Shown here: positions 26,090-38,880 of the stretch, one piece after another | Position numbering within the stretch: position 1 is the stretch's first letter | How the letters are laid out: every line of letters starts with the position of its first letter | From: Camelus dromedarius | Taxonomy: Eukaryota | DNA length: 64,000 nucleotides | Direction of reading: 5' to 3' | Assembly (NCBI RefSeq): GCF_036321535.1 | Contig: NC_087437.1 | Location: 90,398,001-90,462,000 of the forward strand | Translations under genes and position numbers: made by a program | Notes under the pieces: model-generated | The model's input: only the letters and a program-made list of their open reading frames with translations | Database searches by the model: none | What the model was told of the DNA's origin: nothing

Positions 26090-26420
26090 CAATCCTCTTG
26101 TCCAGCATTCAATAAGTGATGTTTAAGGCCACCTCTTCAGAGCTTACTTCCCAGATTACACTATCTGAGGTAGCTTGCCAGTTACTTAATGTCTCCTTAG
26201 GTTTTTAAAAATTTTGGTTTTTTTTAAGACATATTGTAGCATTTTAGCCTGTTATTTGTTCATGTATTTGTTTATTGTCTAGTCTCAGCCCCACTCTATC
26301 CACATATACACAACCTAATGATGCCTCAGCTTGAGAAAACATAACTGGTAGTGTTCAATGCTTATTTGCCTCGTCTTTAGAATGGCTCGTGGCTTGGGAG
26401 TAGGTTCTTAATAAATTGTT
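26090..26420 (+). mobile_element. L2 3'-end fragment
   Basis: gccacctcttcagag, tatttgtttattgtct and gagtaggttcttaataaattgttg (L2 3' terminus-like). Confidence 0.55.
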
Positions 26421-29400
26421 GTGGTTTAAGGAAAATGTTCTTGTATTTTTTTATATAAACCAAATCTGGACGAAAGTGAAGTTCTGCATCAGCTTCTGTG
26501 GCAAACACAATCGAAGTTGATTGTCAGGCAAATAATTCCTTTGTGAAGATGAGCAGAATGGATTACATACACATTCTGTGGCCCACATTACCTGCTTGTG
26601 ATTAGAAGGATGAGTAACAGCACAACTAAAAGGTCATTTTTTAATCATTCAACATTTTCAATCATTCAACAATATTTTTTCAAAAAAAAAAGAGGCTAGA
26701 TCATCAAATGCTTTGAAATCATTCTTTCAGAAGGTAAATGCTAATTATGAGCTTGATACAGTTTATAAGCACTGCTATAAATCAAGGAAGTTTAGGGCAT
26801 GAAGGTACAGTTGAGATTTTTTGTTCAATCTATTTATTTTACAAGTACAATCCAGGGACCAGAAAGAAAAAAAATATTAAAAAAAAAACTGTTAATTACT
26901 AGTAGTTAAATCTTGATATCAAAAGCTAATTAATTTTAAATTGAGGAATATCAACCCAATATATTTTGAAATGAAATGTTCTAGCTTATAGACTAAAATT
27001 ATAGTATTTTTAACATATAAAATGTAGTTTCAACTTGATTTCATTCACTAGATCTGTATGAAATAAATTTAAAATCTCCAAATTAAAATGTAAATTATTC
27101 AAAGAGAAACATCAGATAAGTATACTTCAGATAACAGCCATCACTGTAGTTTATTTCCATGATAAAGGTTTACTAATTTGCAAATTAAAGGAAAATTAAC
27201 ATTATCTATAAAAAAATTATTATTGCATACTGTAACTTCATTTTAAACCTCCATGTCTATAAAAATAACCTTTCTAATCTTTTTTATTATGTTCTATAAT
27301 AGAAAATATGATATAAAAGTACTATTTTGAAAGCACATCCATCCAGTAAAATACAATGCATGAGGCACACTGGTGAAGAGGAAATGTACATATTGCTTTG
27401 TTAAATTCTAGTAAAATAATCTCAATTAAACCAGTAGAACTTGTATTCCACCTTGCTAGAAGAGCAGTTCTCATCTTTTGTTCAAACAGCTAACAAGGAA
27501 AAGGGAGAAATAAAACTATATAATGGGTCTAATCTGACCAATGAGCAATCAAACATATGTTACTGCCACAATAATGCCTAAGTATTCCCTAAAAAATTTC
27601 ATTTCTCTAGTTTCCTTAGGTAGGAAGCTGTTCACTGGTCTCAAAGAGCAATAGTCCTTCTTCTTTATGAACAAAGTGAGACCAATTTTTTTTTTTAAAA
27701 AAAGAGGCAAGATTAAGAAAAATGTTGGCTCTGATCACAAACCCTATGAAAATATATAGCTCTATTTAGCAATTACAAATTATAGTTCACAATAAAATAT
27801 CTGAAAAGTCTCTTATTATTTTGTTTAAGATTCCATTTATCTTCACTAAAGCACAAGGCAAAAAAAAAAATCCTATCAACGAAAAAATAGATGATCATAA
27901 CATGGGAAAAGTAGATCATTTGATCATTCTTGGGCAAAAACATTAAAAAAAGAGAGAAAGAAAGCTTATGTCAGAATCAGGTAAACGGTTCATTTTTAGA
28001 ACATGTACTCTTCCAATATTCTTCTCTAAAGAATATCTCAAAATCTTAAATCTCACTGGTATGAAACAAAGCACTCTTTGGAGAATGAATGACAGCAGCA
28101 ATATTAGTCCAACTTTATCTCATACTGGAAACAGAATGCATAACAATTGATACAAATTTGCTTCCTGGAGCAAGGTTAGCAAAGGCAAAGAACCTCTGAG
28201 AATTCCTTGGGGAAAAGAAGCAACCGTACCAAAAACAACTGAACAGATTATGTCAACTATCCAAAGTAATCGGTTTTCCTTCAATATCTTATCATTTCTC
28301 TACACAGCTTGAGACACAGAAAAGCAGCAATAACTCGAAGAATGAAGTGTGGAAACCTACTGGGGAGGGGACCTGAAATGTACTAAACATGTTTGTGGCA
28401 GAATTAATTCCAACACCCAGGAGGAAGCTGCTAATGCGTTAGAGTGAGCTGTCAAGTGAAACAGGAAATCTTTTCCATGCACTTTATAATGAGTTTTAAT
28501 ATACCCCCAGTATTTATTTTAAGACATTCCGCTTGTCAAGGTGGAACTCCTGTTCTCATTTTCAGATAATTGACTAGTTTAAAAAAATCTTTATTCTATT
28601 TCAAAATATTAGTAAAATAGTCCACTTCAAATACAATTCCCTTTATCCCGAAGGCACCTGATTAATTTCTTTTTAAAGCCAACTAAAATAATAGCCCACT
28701 GAAAGTTCACACCACTACTAGCTCTCTTTTCTTTCATTCTGACTCATGATTCAAATTTCATTTATCTTTTTCTATGATCCAAATACTTGGATGTTTAAAA
28801 ATATTAAAGTTTGATAGTAAGACTTATGTCATCTCATATGTGCCTTTGACTATGACATTTAGTACACAGCATTAGCTCTGTACTTCTAAAATCTGCTGTT
28901 TGCCGATTACCACACTAAAGCCTTTTCTTTGATTATGTTTCTTTGGATCATTGGAAATTAAATTCAGAAAACATATCCCTAGTTAGAGTGAATTTGATCT
29001 AAATCAAGACATTTAGAAAATTGTTTAAATTATTAGTCAAAAAGATTTAATTAAATTTCCATCAAAACCTTATTGTAATTTCATGGAAATAATATATTTT
29101 TCCATGACTCAGAGACAAGTTAGCTTTACTTTGGAATGTAAGTAAAAAACATTTTAAAGTTTATATTTTTATTATCAGTTATAGTAGAAAATTGAAAATT
29201 ATTATTTACTTAATTGTAGTTAATGCTTATAAATATATTTGCAGTTTAAATCAGATTAACAAGAGATTCCTGAATACTGTGTTACTTATTCAACCTCCCC
29301 CTGTTTATTCATTTATAAGAGGATTTAAAAAGTTGAGTTTTAAGACACTTTAACCCTTAAGTGAAGCCTTAATTTAAACCAATATAGTCCATAGTAAATA

Positions 29401-31133
29401 ACAGTCCAACAGTAAACCAGTTTAGAGCAAAAGAAGAATACATATTTAAATAATATCTGATATATTCCTGATATTATTTGCAGGCTGAGATTTAATTTTA
29501 AAATAATTCCATAATGAAGACAAACATAACAATTGTTAGGGATGAGAATTTTCTGGATTTTCATGTTATAGAAATCCTCCATAGTTGTCACATTCAAACT
29601 AAAGTTCTGAGTACAGTCAAAAACTGACAGAAAAATAATAGAATGTCATATTCATTCATTTTTAACAGTTAAAATATTGTATTAGTGCTTTTTTACCCTT
29701 TATATTAATGTTATGATCCCATTATATCACTTGTTATGAGCTTTTTAAATAATTAAGGACTTTTAAATAAATTAAATAAAAATTATTTAAAACTAAATGA
29801 CAATTTCAGATTATTATTTGGCTTTTATTGACTCAAGTATTTTCATTTTATTTTAAGTGGAATATTTCCAATCCATTTAAAGTCACTTAGGATAAGAATA
29901 TATGCAAAAATAACTTTGAAAAACACATATGCTTAATTGCTGGTAATATTAAATAAAAGCAAAAAATGATTATGGGAAATTTTTGTCATTTACTTATTTT
30001 TCATTGATTGATTTTTTTGCTTGATTTGCTTAGGTCTGCAATGCTCTACCAAAAATAGTATTTATGATCTTTTTCCCTCCAAATTTTAAAGCTAAAATAT
30101 TAAACCATAGTGTTGATTGTATAAGATTTATTTTACAATACATTGAAAAAGTAGAATTTAGTTAAAATAGCAACAAACTAGAAGTTTGGAAAAAAGTTGT
30201 GTGTGGGAAGTAGGGATCTGACTCTGTCTACATGCCTGTGGGGGTGTGTCTGTGTAAGCTCTTAATTATGAACTTAGTTATGAACTGGAACTTTCTACTC
30301 TACTCCTTGAAAGTATTGTTTTTCTTGTAGTATATTCTTAGAAAAAAAATGCTCTACCAGAATATTTTTATTGCTCTCATTTGTACTGTTAAATTAAGTG
30401 AAGGAAATACGCAGCTAAGCGAATCAACAAAAAAGCAAAAACTATAATAAAAAAGCTACTTCATTTTAATATTAAATGCAAATAAACAGTATTGATATCC
30501 TACACCCTATTTGTGCTTTATTTTTTATTTTTTTTTATTTTGTTTACAGCTGCATCAATGTTCCTGAAGTTTAGGAGGTACTACTTGCATTTGGACTGGA
30601 AGAATAAAGCCTTTCCTAGTGACAATAATTAAAAATCTCCTTCATATTCAGTTAGATTGCCCATGACCATCAACTGCAGCTTGTTCACAGGCTATCAGCT
30701 ACTGCTACCCACATATATCCTTGAACAGACCCAAAGGAAATAGGCCAGGTAGGGATAATCTAAACTTGGTGAGATGTCTGTCCTGCTTAGTCTTTGACAA
30801 ATTAATCATTTCTAAGAAATGTTTTATAAACTCTATGCCCTTTTTATTAAAAAAAATCAAATACTGGCTATGAATATAGTATTGCCAGTAGTATCACTGA
30901 TATGAGATTCTGGTATAATATATATTATTTGAGTTACATGCAGACCATTTACATGCATCTCTGACATGGATTGTAATGCTGAGAATAACTCCTTATAAAA
31001 TAGTCCCCCTTGCATTGTCCATGACTAGAAATGAGCATTCTAAACTCTTATTGGTAGTAGTATTATTCCCCCATTAAAAGAAGCATTTTAATACTAAATA
31101 CTATGCTGGAGGGACAGTTTCCAGTGAAAATTA

Positions 31134-31369
31134 CAGTCAACCCTTGGACAACTTGCGGGTTGGGGTGATCCTCTATGCAGTCAAAAATTCTCCTGTAATT
31201 TAATGACGGCTCCCCATGTAGAAGGTTCCCTCTATCTGCTTGGCACCACAGACTCAACCGTCTGGGGTGGATGTGATCCTGTAGAACTGTGGCATTTATT
31301 ACTGAAAAAAAAAATTCCTCTTGTAGGTAGACCAGCTCAGTTCAAATCCTGTTGTTCATAAGTCGAAAG
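31134..31369. mobile_element. Tigger2/MER8-family TcMar MITE
   Basis: Left end TA|cagtcaacccttggacaac and degraded right end gttgttcataagtcgaaag|TA. Internal cagtcaaaaattc and gtagaccagctcagttcaaa match Tigger2-type ends. TA target duplication present. Confidence 0.75.
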
Positions 31370-31549
31370 TACATCTCTCACATTGCTATGAAAGTCGGTG
31401 GGGAAGTATGAATTAACTTTCAAATATTCATTTTTAAGGCAACATTTTAGGAATAGGAATCTATCATTTCTGATAGTTGTTCTTTGTTATCATTATTACA
31501 GATGAATAGTTCTTCAGTAACTGTCCTTAGCTCAGAAACTCTTCGTGCA

Positions 31550-31790
31550 TTGTTAGATGTACTGTCATGTATTGCTATTTTGGATGGGACTATTTTTCTA
31601 TTATGTTTTAACTGCTTGTTGATGATATAAAGTAACAGTATTGATTTGAGGATGTTGGTCTTGTATCTATCCACCTTGACAGAGTCTCATATTAATTCTA
31701 ATAATTTTGTTCATTGATTCTCTTGAAATTTTGAGGCTATCGTATTATCTGCAAATAATGAACACTTTTTCTTCTCCTTTTAATAGCTAA
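31550..31790 (-). mobile_element. Ancient L1 ORF2 (reverse-transcriptase region) fragment
   Basis: Minus-strand peptide RYKTNILKSILLLYIINKQL...KIVPSKIAI resembles L1 ORF2 GYKINIQKSVAFLYTNN...IPFTIA. Nucleotide motifs ttgattctctt and tatctgcaaataatga are typical of antisense L1. Confidence 0.75.
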
Positions 31791-32444
31791 AGGTTAAATG
31801 ATAGCAGCAATAGCACACTTGTATTATTCGGTATGTAGTGGAATTTCCATTACATCCATTTAATTTTATGTTCTCTTGCATTCTCAAGAATATTATCTAT
31901 CATGATAAAATTATTTCTCCTAAGAGTATTTAAATAGATATTTATCAAACATAATAAAACAATCCCTTCTTTAACCTACAATGTTAGAATTACTGTCCTT
32001 AAAAAATTCTTACATTATAAAATTAGATTGCAATATTAAATAAAAATGAACATTGTTGACTATTACATAAAATCTAAAGGCTGGGATTTGTATCTCTGGT
32101 TTAAAATTTCAACAAAATAAGTATAGTGAAAATGATGGATACTTTTTTTTTGATGTGTACTTTTGATTAATGATTTGGACAAAAACATGTAAGGCCTAAA
32201 GTAAATATTTTTAAACAAAATACTTTCAGTTACCACAAGATAACTCCAAAGGAAACTTGTTCTTAATTTTTATGATTAGGACATATTTCAGGATGTTTTA
32301 AGCAGGAATAAAACCAATATTTATTTTTGACACCAATAAAAGCCTGAAGAGTACAAAAATGTATCATGCATATTAAATCCGGATTCTGGAAGTGTGACAC
32401 AGGAAATCAGAAAGACTGAAATAGAGAATTATTGACATTAAAGA

Positions 32445-32610
32445 ACCGTAGTGAGACATGAAGGCATAGAACTGACTTTTATCCCTGGCTCACCTTTTAA
32501 CTATATATTTATGGGTTCATAATTTATTTCCTGTGGATGACAATTGGCCCATCTATAAAATAAGAACTGAACCACATGATTCTATTTGTCTACTCCCTAG
32601 TGTCTCTTAT
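32445..32610 (+). mobile_element. MIR3-like fragment
   Basis: atccctggctcacc, cccatctataaaataaga and actgaaccacatgattc. Heavily diverged. Confidence 0.4.
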
Positions 32611-34229
32611 CATTTTTATTGATAAATGACAGTATTTAAAGAGAAAAAGTCATAAAAATTAATTGTTCTGATATCCTAAATCCTTTTATCTTCACTTCTT
32701 TTTCTAAAGTGAATCCATAAGACTTTACAGAAATTGTTTTTAGAAATTTTGATACTTCTAAAAAACAAGTTATATAAACAAGTATATAAAAAACAAGTTA
32801 ATAAAATTTAAAATAAAATGTTTAGAAACATTGATACTAATTTTAAAATCATTTTAACAATAAAAATAATATGGGCATATCAAAAAGATCTCAAAATTGA
32901 GTGTGTAAATGCAGTTATGAGTAAATTCATATATATGTGTGTATACATACATCTATATATCTCTGTATACTCATACATTCACATGTATCCATATATATTA
33001 ATGCCCCCCCCTTTTTAAATTTTATGTTGGTCTAGGAAGATTCTCTTTCTTATGTAACTATTTTTATTTTTTCTTCTCTGCTAAATCTATAATAAATTTA
33101 TAGTTTGATAACCTGAACAAACCAATTCTGCACTTCATAAAATTTACAACCAAATAATTACTCTTTGGAGTTTCACACATGTGCACACACACATAGGAGA
33201 GAGAAAGAGAGACAAAGAGACACAAAGACAGAATATGATAATTACATTAAAAGATTCTACAAGAATTATTTGCTGCACTATTTTAAGATAAAAGAATCTA
33301 TCTAAATCTTAAGAGTCAGAAGGCTTTTGAAAGATGCCTAAAATCTACTTTGGAAAAAAAAATCCTTCAGTAAAAATACTATTATCAAAATACAGAAACT
33401 TCTGGAGGAAATTCAAGTGTACTAGGAAAAAAGACTTCTGCAATAAAAAGATTCACATTCAAGACACCTGCTAATCATCAGTCTTCTGGAAACAAGATGT
33501 GAATCATGCAACAGAGGAGCTGATTCCATTCTTTTGTATTAGAAACACCAGTGGCAACAACAATATGCTATATTTAAAACTGTCTTATTCTAATTTGTCT
33601 TTTGATCAAATTATGGTAAATTTTCTATCTTGCTTATTTGAAAATAAGCAACTACATCCTGCTCAACTTTGAATATTTAAGAATGGACAGCTATAAACAT
33701 TGTAAGATGTGCTAACAATGGAAAAAATCCAAATCACAAATGCTGCTAAATCTTGAAAATCTGATTCTGCAGGTAAATAGTAACTAAGTCAAATATTTAT
33801 AATATTAACATATTTTAATATAATTATTTAATAATGTTTATGATTATCCAGATGCATATCCTGAATTTGTATAAGATTGAAAATGGCATAAAACTTTTTT
33901 CTTTAATGAAGGATTATAGTAACACATGAACCAACTGGAAGATCCTATCACAGCGAAACATTTCAGAAAATGAGTTTCTAGTTAATAATTATCCTTAAAT
34001 GACTTTTTCTGCTGTTGTTTAGAGATTTATTTTTTTTCCACTGAAAACATGTTGTTTGGATCTTACTAAGTATTGCCTTTGATTTGATGAGGGAGTGTGT
34101 GTGTGCATAATAAGTGTACTCACATGTAAGTTGTTGACAGGGCTTGAATTTCATCTGTTTAAGAAATCTGTCAATATATTCTGTTCATTTATAGCATCTG
34201 CCAACAATGAATTCAAGAGCTTCTCTGCA

Positions 34230-34396
34230 CCAGGGAGGGTCAACTGTAGTCGCACGTTGGAATTACACAAAAGCTTGTAAAAACCTGACACCTGAGACCA
34301 AGTTATTTTGAAACTCTGTAGAAAGGGCCTGGGCATGGGTATTTTTAAAACCTTCACATGTGATTATACTGAGCAGTCGTTATTTAAAACCACAGA
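34230..34396. mobile_element. MER5A-type MITE
   Basis: gcacgttggaattacac, ggcctgggcatgggtatttttaaaacct, gtgattatactgagcag and aaaaccacag. Confidence 0.65.
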
Positions 34397-34749
34397 TCTA
34401 CACATTTAATTTACATCCTTCCTTCAGTGTCCACCAGAAGTCAACTGATAATACCCAACAGCTTAGAACCACAGCTATTCTAGGATTAAGTACATGTCAG
34501 ATGAATATACTCAGTTCAATAAACCTTACAACCAGGACATATTTGATTATCTGTTGGATACTCCTCAAGGATTAGAAAGTATTTTACAGTCAGTAACCCT
34601 TTATGTAATGTAGATACCAATGTTATAAATAATGAGTATTTATATCTAAATGTAATATCCTCCAAAGCATTATCAATAAATATATTTTTGCTATTTTAGT
34701 TATAGAAGTTGAAAATTCATTGTAAGTGCAATTATTATTGACCTTTTGT

Positions 34750-34915
34750 GTACGATATTATACTAGGGGATATATTACATACATTTTCTCATTTAATTTT
34801 CATAGCGGCTCCATAGACATATTAAGTAGAAAAAAGAATAGATAATTGCTTAAAGCCAAACAACTTTCTGTAAGTGGCACATATGTCTAAATCCAAAACT
34901 TGAGTCTCTAACCTT
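34750..34915 (-). mobile_element. MIR fragment
   Basis: ttacatacattttctcatttaattttcatagc and gtaagtggca. Confidence 0.5.
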
Positions 34916-35540
34916 AACCCCCTTGCCTATTTATATCAAAGAAACCCTGGCAATATAAAGATTTCAATATGAGCTTATAATTAAACATGAATAAAAAATT
35001 CTTATTGGTAATATTAGCCTTAAAATTTTACATTGAAAACATTAGATACACTCTAGTTCAAACTCATCCCCTCATTTTAAGCAAGAAACTGAGACTGACA
35101 TTTTTAAGTAATTTGCCTCACAGCATATCACTAACACAAAAGAAAGTTACATTTATAAACCATTTCTTCTCACCTTCCATCCTGAGCTCTTTCTGCCGCC
35201 CCACACTGTCCACTCTCTCTCGTGATTGAATGAGTACTGCATTCCTTTAACAGATGAGTCCGTTTAAAGAATTGCCTTGCAAAGGTGAAAGCATGAGGGA
35301 TATTAAGAAGAGAAAGTGCTAGACATATACTCAGGAACTATCACTTAAGGAATAATTAATTTGTATAATAACTTTGACCTCAGTGGTTCAGCAATCTTAT
35401 GGCTAAAAACATAATGTTCACCATCTATATAGTTATATTTTATATTCACAGAAAAGTTAAGAGCACCCAGCTTATCTCTTGTTACAGAACTTGACTATGA
35501 TAATTTGACTTCAAACTATTTTACACTGCAAGCTAAAAAG

Positions 35541-35714
35541 AGTGGTGCTTCTCAAACCTTACAGGGCATATGAATCACATGAAGAGCTAATTAACATGCA
35601 GCTTCAGAGTCGGTAGCTCTGGGCTAAGGCCTGAGGTGCTGCATTTTAACAAGCTTCCAGGTGATGCCAATGCTACTCAGAATGTGGTCCGTGGATCTCA
35701 CTTTGACTAGCAAG
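35541..35714. mobile_element. MER5A hAT-Charlie MITE
   Basis: cttctcaaacctt, gcatatgaatcac, ggcctgag..ctgcattttaacaagcttccaggtgatgccaatgct and cactttgactagcaag. Confidence 0.8.
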
Positions 35715-35900
35715 TAACAGAAACATACCACAGCATCCTATAGCATCATTAGTGGAATGCCTATTAAAATTACTTTACAAATAGAAAAAAAAGACAGTAA
35801 AAGAACAACAGGTGTCTGCAATGGCAGAAGTTATGCTACTCTGCGACAATGGACACCCAGTGACAAGCAGCAAATAATTCACAAGTTACATCAGGCTCTA

Positions 35901-36225
35901 TGTTGGCCGTCTTAAGTGAGTAGGCCGTGGGACCCAGGTCAAAGTTCACAGTAACTTGCATGCGTATGAGGTAAGAAGTAAATGTACGCATGCGCTAGTA
36001 GCATGAGTCCGCATTATGAACAATACGCATGTGCCAACAGCATGAGTACGCATTGTGAACAACAGACATGCGCAGGCATTATAAAAGGACAAGTGCGTAC
36101 ACCTGTGCGCGCCACCCGGTTGTACTGCAATAAAGTGCTGTTTTGCTTCATGTCAGCTCCTCACGCCTTCTTCCGGTTGGGCAGCTCAACTCCTCAGATC
36201 CCTCTTCAGCCTCCCTCAGCTGACA
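35901..36225 (+). mobile_element. Intact solo endogenous-retrovirus LTR (325 bp), family not recognised
   Basis: TG...CA termini (tgttggc...gctgaca). Perfect 5-bp TSD ctcta at 35896-35900 and 36226-36230. TATAAAA at 36080-36086, AATAAA at 36129-36134, tandem repeat in U3. I count 15 CpGs. Confidence 0.9.
35985..36062 (+). repeat. 2 x 39-bp imperfect tandem repeat in LTR U3
   Basis: tacgcatgcgctagtagcatgagtccgcattatgaacaa (35985-36023) and tacgcatgtgccaacagcatgagtacgcattgtgaacaa (36024-36062). Confidence 0.9.
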
Positions 36226-37299
36226 CTCTAAAAACTGTCATAAACGCTCAAGAATAGACATACTGCCAAAATATGCATATAAAATACGTGAGAGAATCCG
36301 CACTTGAATTTAAAGCGAAGGCACTTAGTGCATGCGAGCTTTTAATAAATCCCACTTGCTGATGACACTCACTTTCTAATAATGTGGATGATGATGGAAG
36401 CAGAGTAAGGCATGCATGCAATTTCACTTTATTAACTTCATGATAAGTCTGAAAACAGATTTTTCATGACTTGGAAAAGTTGCCAAGGACAGCTTTAGAA
36501 TAAGCATATCACGTTGAGAAGTTTTGTGTCCTTGATCCATAGGCTGTGATTAAGCCCTAAAATATGTCGTCTTACTGGTTTTTAAACAGTTCTGTGAACA
36601 GTCAATTGAACTCTCAGTTTTAAAATGACATAGTCCTTTTTTATTTATCCACACCTTGGATGGCCCTGCTTGCCTTTGGGTTCATTATGATAAGTAAGAA
36701 TTCACAGAAAGAAATGAACAGAATAATGGTCCCGGGGGATCATAGCAGAAGTACACTGACAGGCCCCATCAAATGCTGTAGTTTAAAACACTTTCAGTGC
36801 ATTAGGGACAAAATGAAAACCTTTTCAGCACTTGATATTAAGTACATTAAACATTCCATTTCTGAGGCCCCATCCACCGCTTGCAGCAGTAGTCATAATC
36901 ATTTTTCACGCCAGTGAAGCCTCTCAAATATTTAATAAATATTTCTTTCTCAAGATTCATATAGACTTGGGGCTATTTACTCAAGTACATCAAGCATCAC
37001 AAAGAGAAGCAATTGTTTTATGTTTTTAAGTAGTGTTTCCAAGCAAGTGTCATTTATCATCAAGAGGACTTGCATGTCCTTTGCCAGATAAAGTCTGTAT
37101 CTATACATTTAGTGGACAGAAATGGTTACAAGAGCTCTCCTGGCCACATTTTTTTCTAACCAAGAGCATTCAAGGGTTTCCAAACATGACTGAAGAACAA
37201 AGAATGTATTTCTCGCTTCCAACGAGCACCCTCTTTCCAAAAATTCTCAGCCAGACAATTTTAATAACCTTGTAACTCGTTATTCTGAAGCCAGGCTTG

Positions 37300-37790
37300 C
37301 CCCTCTTTTAACCCATGCCATGTAGTTCATAAAATTAACCTTTCCAATGGGCAGTCCTCTAGCTCACCCCTTAATCATTTCTTGTTGCCTATGGTATTAA
37401 CTATAAAACGTCTAAGCCTTAAGAAAGCCATATCTGAGATCTTCCAATCACATCTCCAGCATCATTTCTCAGTTTATTTAAATCACAACTTACTATGTGT
37501 TCTATATTCTTCTTCATTTCCATGTTCTCCAGCTTTTTCATATACTTGGATTGTTTTCTCTGTCTCTGCCAATTCAAATAATTTCCATCTCTCACACTTA
37601 TTTTAAATATCACCTCCCTGTTTGTCCCCTCTGAAGCTTTTCCTGATTTTCCAAAGAGATAAACTATTTTTCTTTTCTTTCTTTCTTTTTCTTTTTTTCC
37701 TTCTTGCATCTTTATGGCACTATTTTTAATTCAAATAATCTTTGTTATATCTGCCTTATACATAAAAGGCTCTCAGTAAATACAAACAAC
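37300..37790 (+). mobile_element. Degraded L2 3' region
   Basis: acatctccagcatcatttctc, aaatatcacctcc, gaagcttttcctgatt and aggctctcagtaaata. Confidence 0.6.
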
Positions 37791-38064
37791 AAATTTAACT
37801 ATATAGTTCTTACAGTAGATGATTAGTGTGATAATTAGGTAAGCATTTTAAAATTACTTAGCTCTTTTAACAGAAGAAATATCACAGAAGGTTTATTGCA
37901 ATCATGAGGACTACAGGAATCTGTTCTGTTAAAATAAGAAATTCAATTAACTAAAAACATTTCCATCTGAAAAGAGACCTTAGAATTTGATTGGCTGTCC
38001 CAATTAAACATGAGGGTGGCAGTCATTCCAGATGGTAAAGACATATTTATAAAAAGTTTTACAT

Positions 38065-38880
38065 AGTCAGAGAACTTCAGTGTAATAAGGGACATTTAAG
38101 TTCATCTAGTTTAAACCAGTATCTGAATCATTTCTTCTACAAACAATTATGTGATCCCAAATTCTACTTAATCCTCTTCACAGATTAGGAATTCACTATA
38201 TCTAGAATGGCCTTCTCATTTGAAGAACAAATCTAATTTCTAGAATCTTCTTTATAAAATGTTGCTTTGCCTTATTTGCTCAACAATCATCATTTGGAAT
38301 GAGACATCTGTTTTTCACAGGAGAGCCCTCTAATGTTTGAAAACCATGATGTTGGTCATCACAAATTTTGTCTTCAACTAGCTTATTCTTAGTTCTTACA
38401 ATGAATTTGACAGGTGATTTTTCCTTTGACTTCCTGCAAACTTTGTGCTATCAAAATAGTTTTCTCCATATAATTTTAATACAATCTCCAGACTGTAGGG
38501 ATGGGCCAAAGAAAACAATAGCATTTTCACCTTTTGGTGAGAGGATATTATACTTGTATTCACTCAAATTTCTCATTAATATTTTGACAGTCTTGTAATG
38601 TAGTTCACTACTTTTGAGCTTATAACTTCAAACTTTTGATTTAGCTCTAAAAAGTTTAGCCTTTATTATATAAATTAAATCATTTTTGCTAGCATGGCAA
38701 ATACTCTTCCCATCACTAATAATTTTGAACCATATTTCGCATCCCACTGAGAAATCCTTGATACCAGCATTTGTCTTCCAGAATCTTAAAATTGTGATTT
38801 CATTTCCTTAATACAGTATTGGTCTCTTCACACTAATCGAAGTTTTTTCATTCAGAGCCAAATGAGCTATTCTGAGTTGT
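38065..38880 (-). mobile_element. CR1/L3 LINE fragment
   Basis: aagggacatttaagttcatctagt, ggaattcactat, ctagaatcttcttt and cacaggagagccctctaatgtttgaaaacc are colinear with the recalled antisense L3 3' end. Right boundary uncertain. Confidence 0.55.

Noticed and set aside
35985..36062. Repeat resembling a CRISPR-like array
   Set aside because: Only two contiguous units, no unique spacers, mammalian context and no cas genes.
35982..36257. 91-aa ORF with an internal repeat (MYACASSMSPHYEQYACANSMSTHCEQ...)
   Set aside because: It is the translation of the 39-bp (13-codon) U3 repeat. The ATG lies upstream of the LTR TATA box, so it would not be in an LTR-initiated mRNA.
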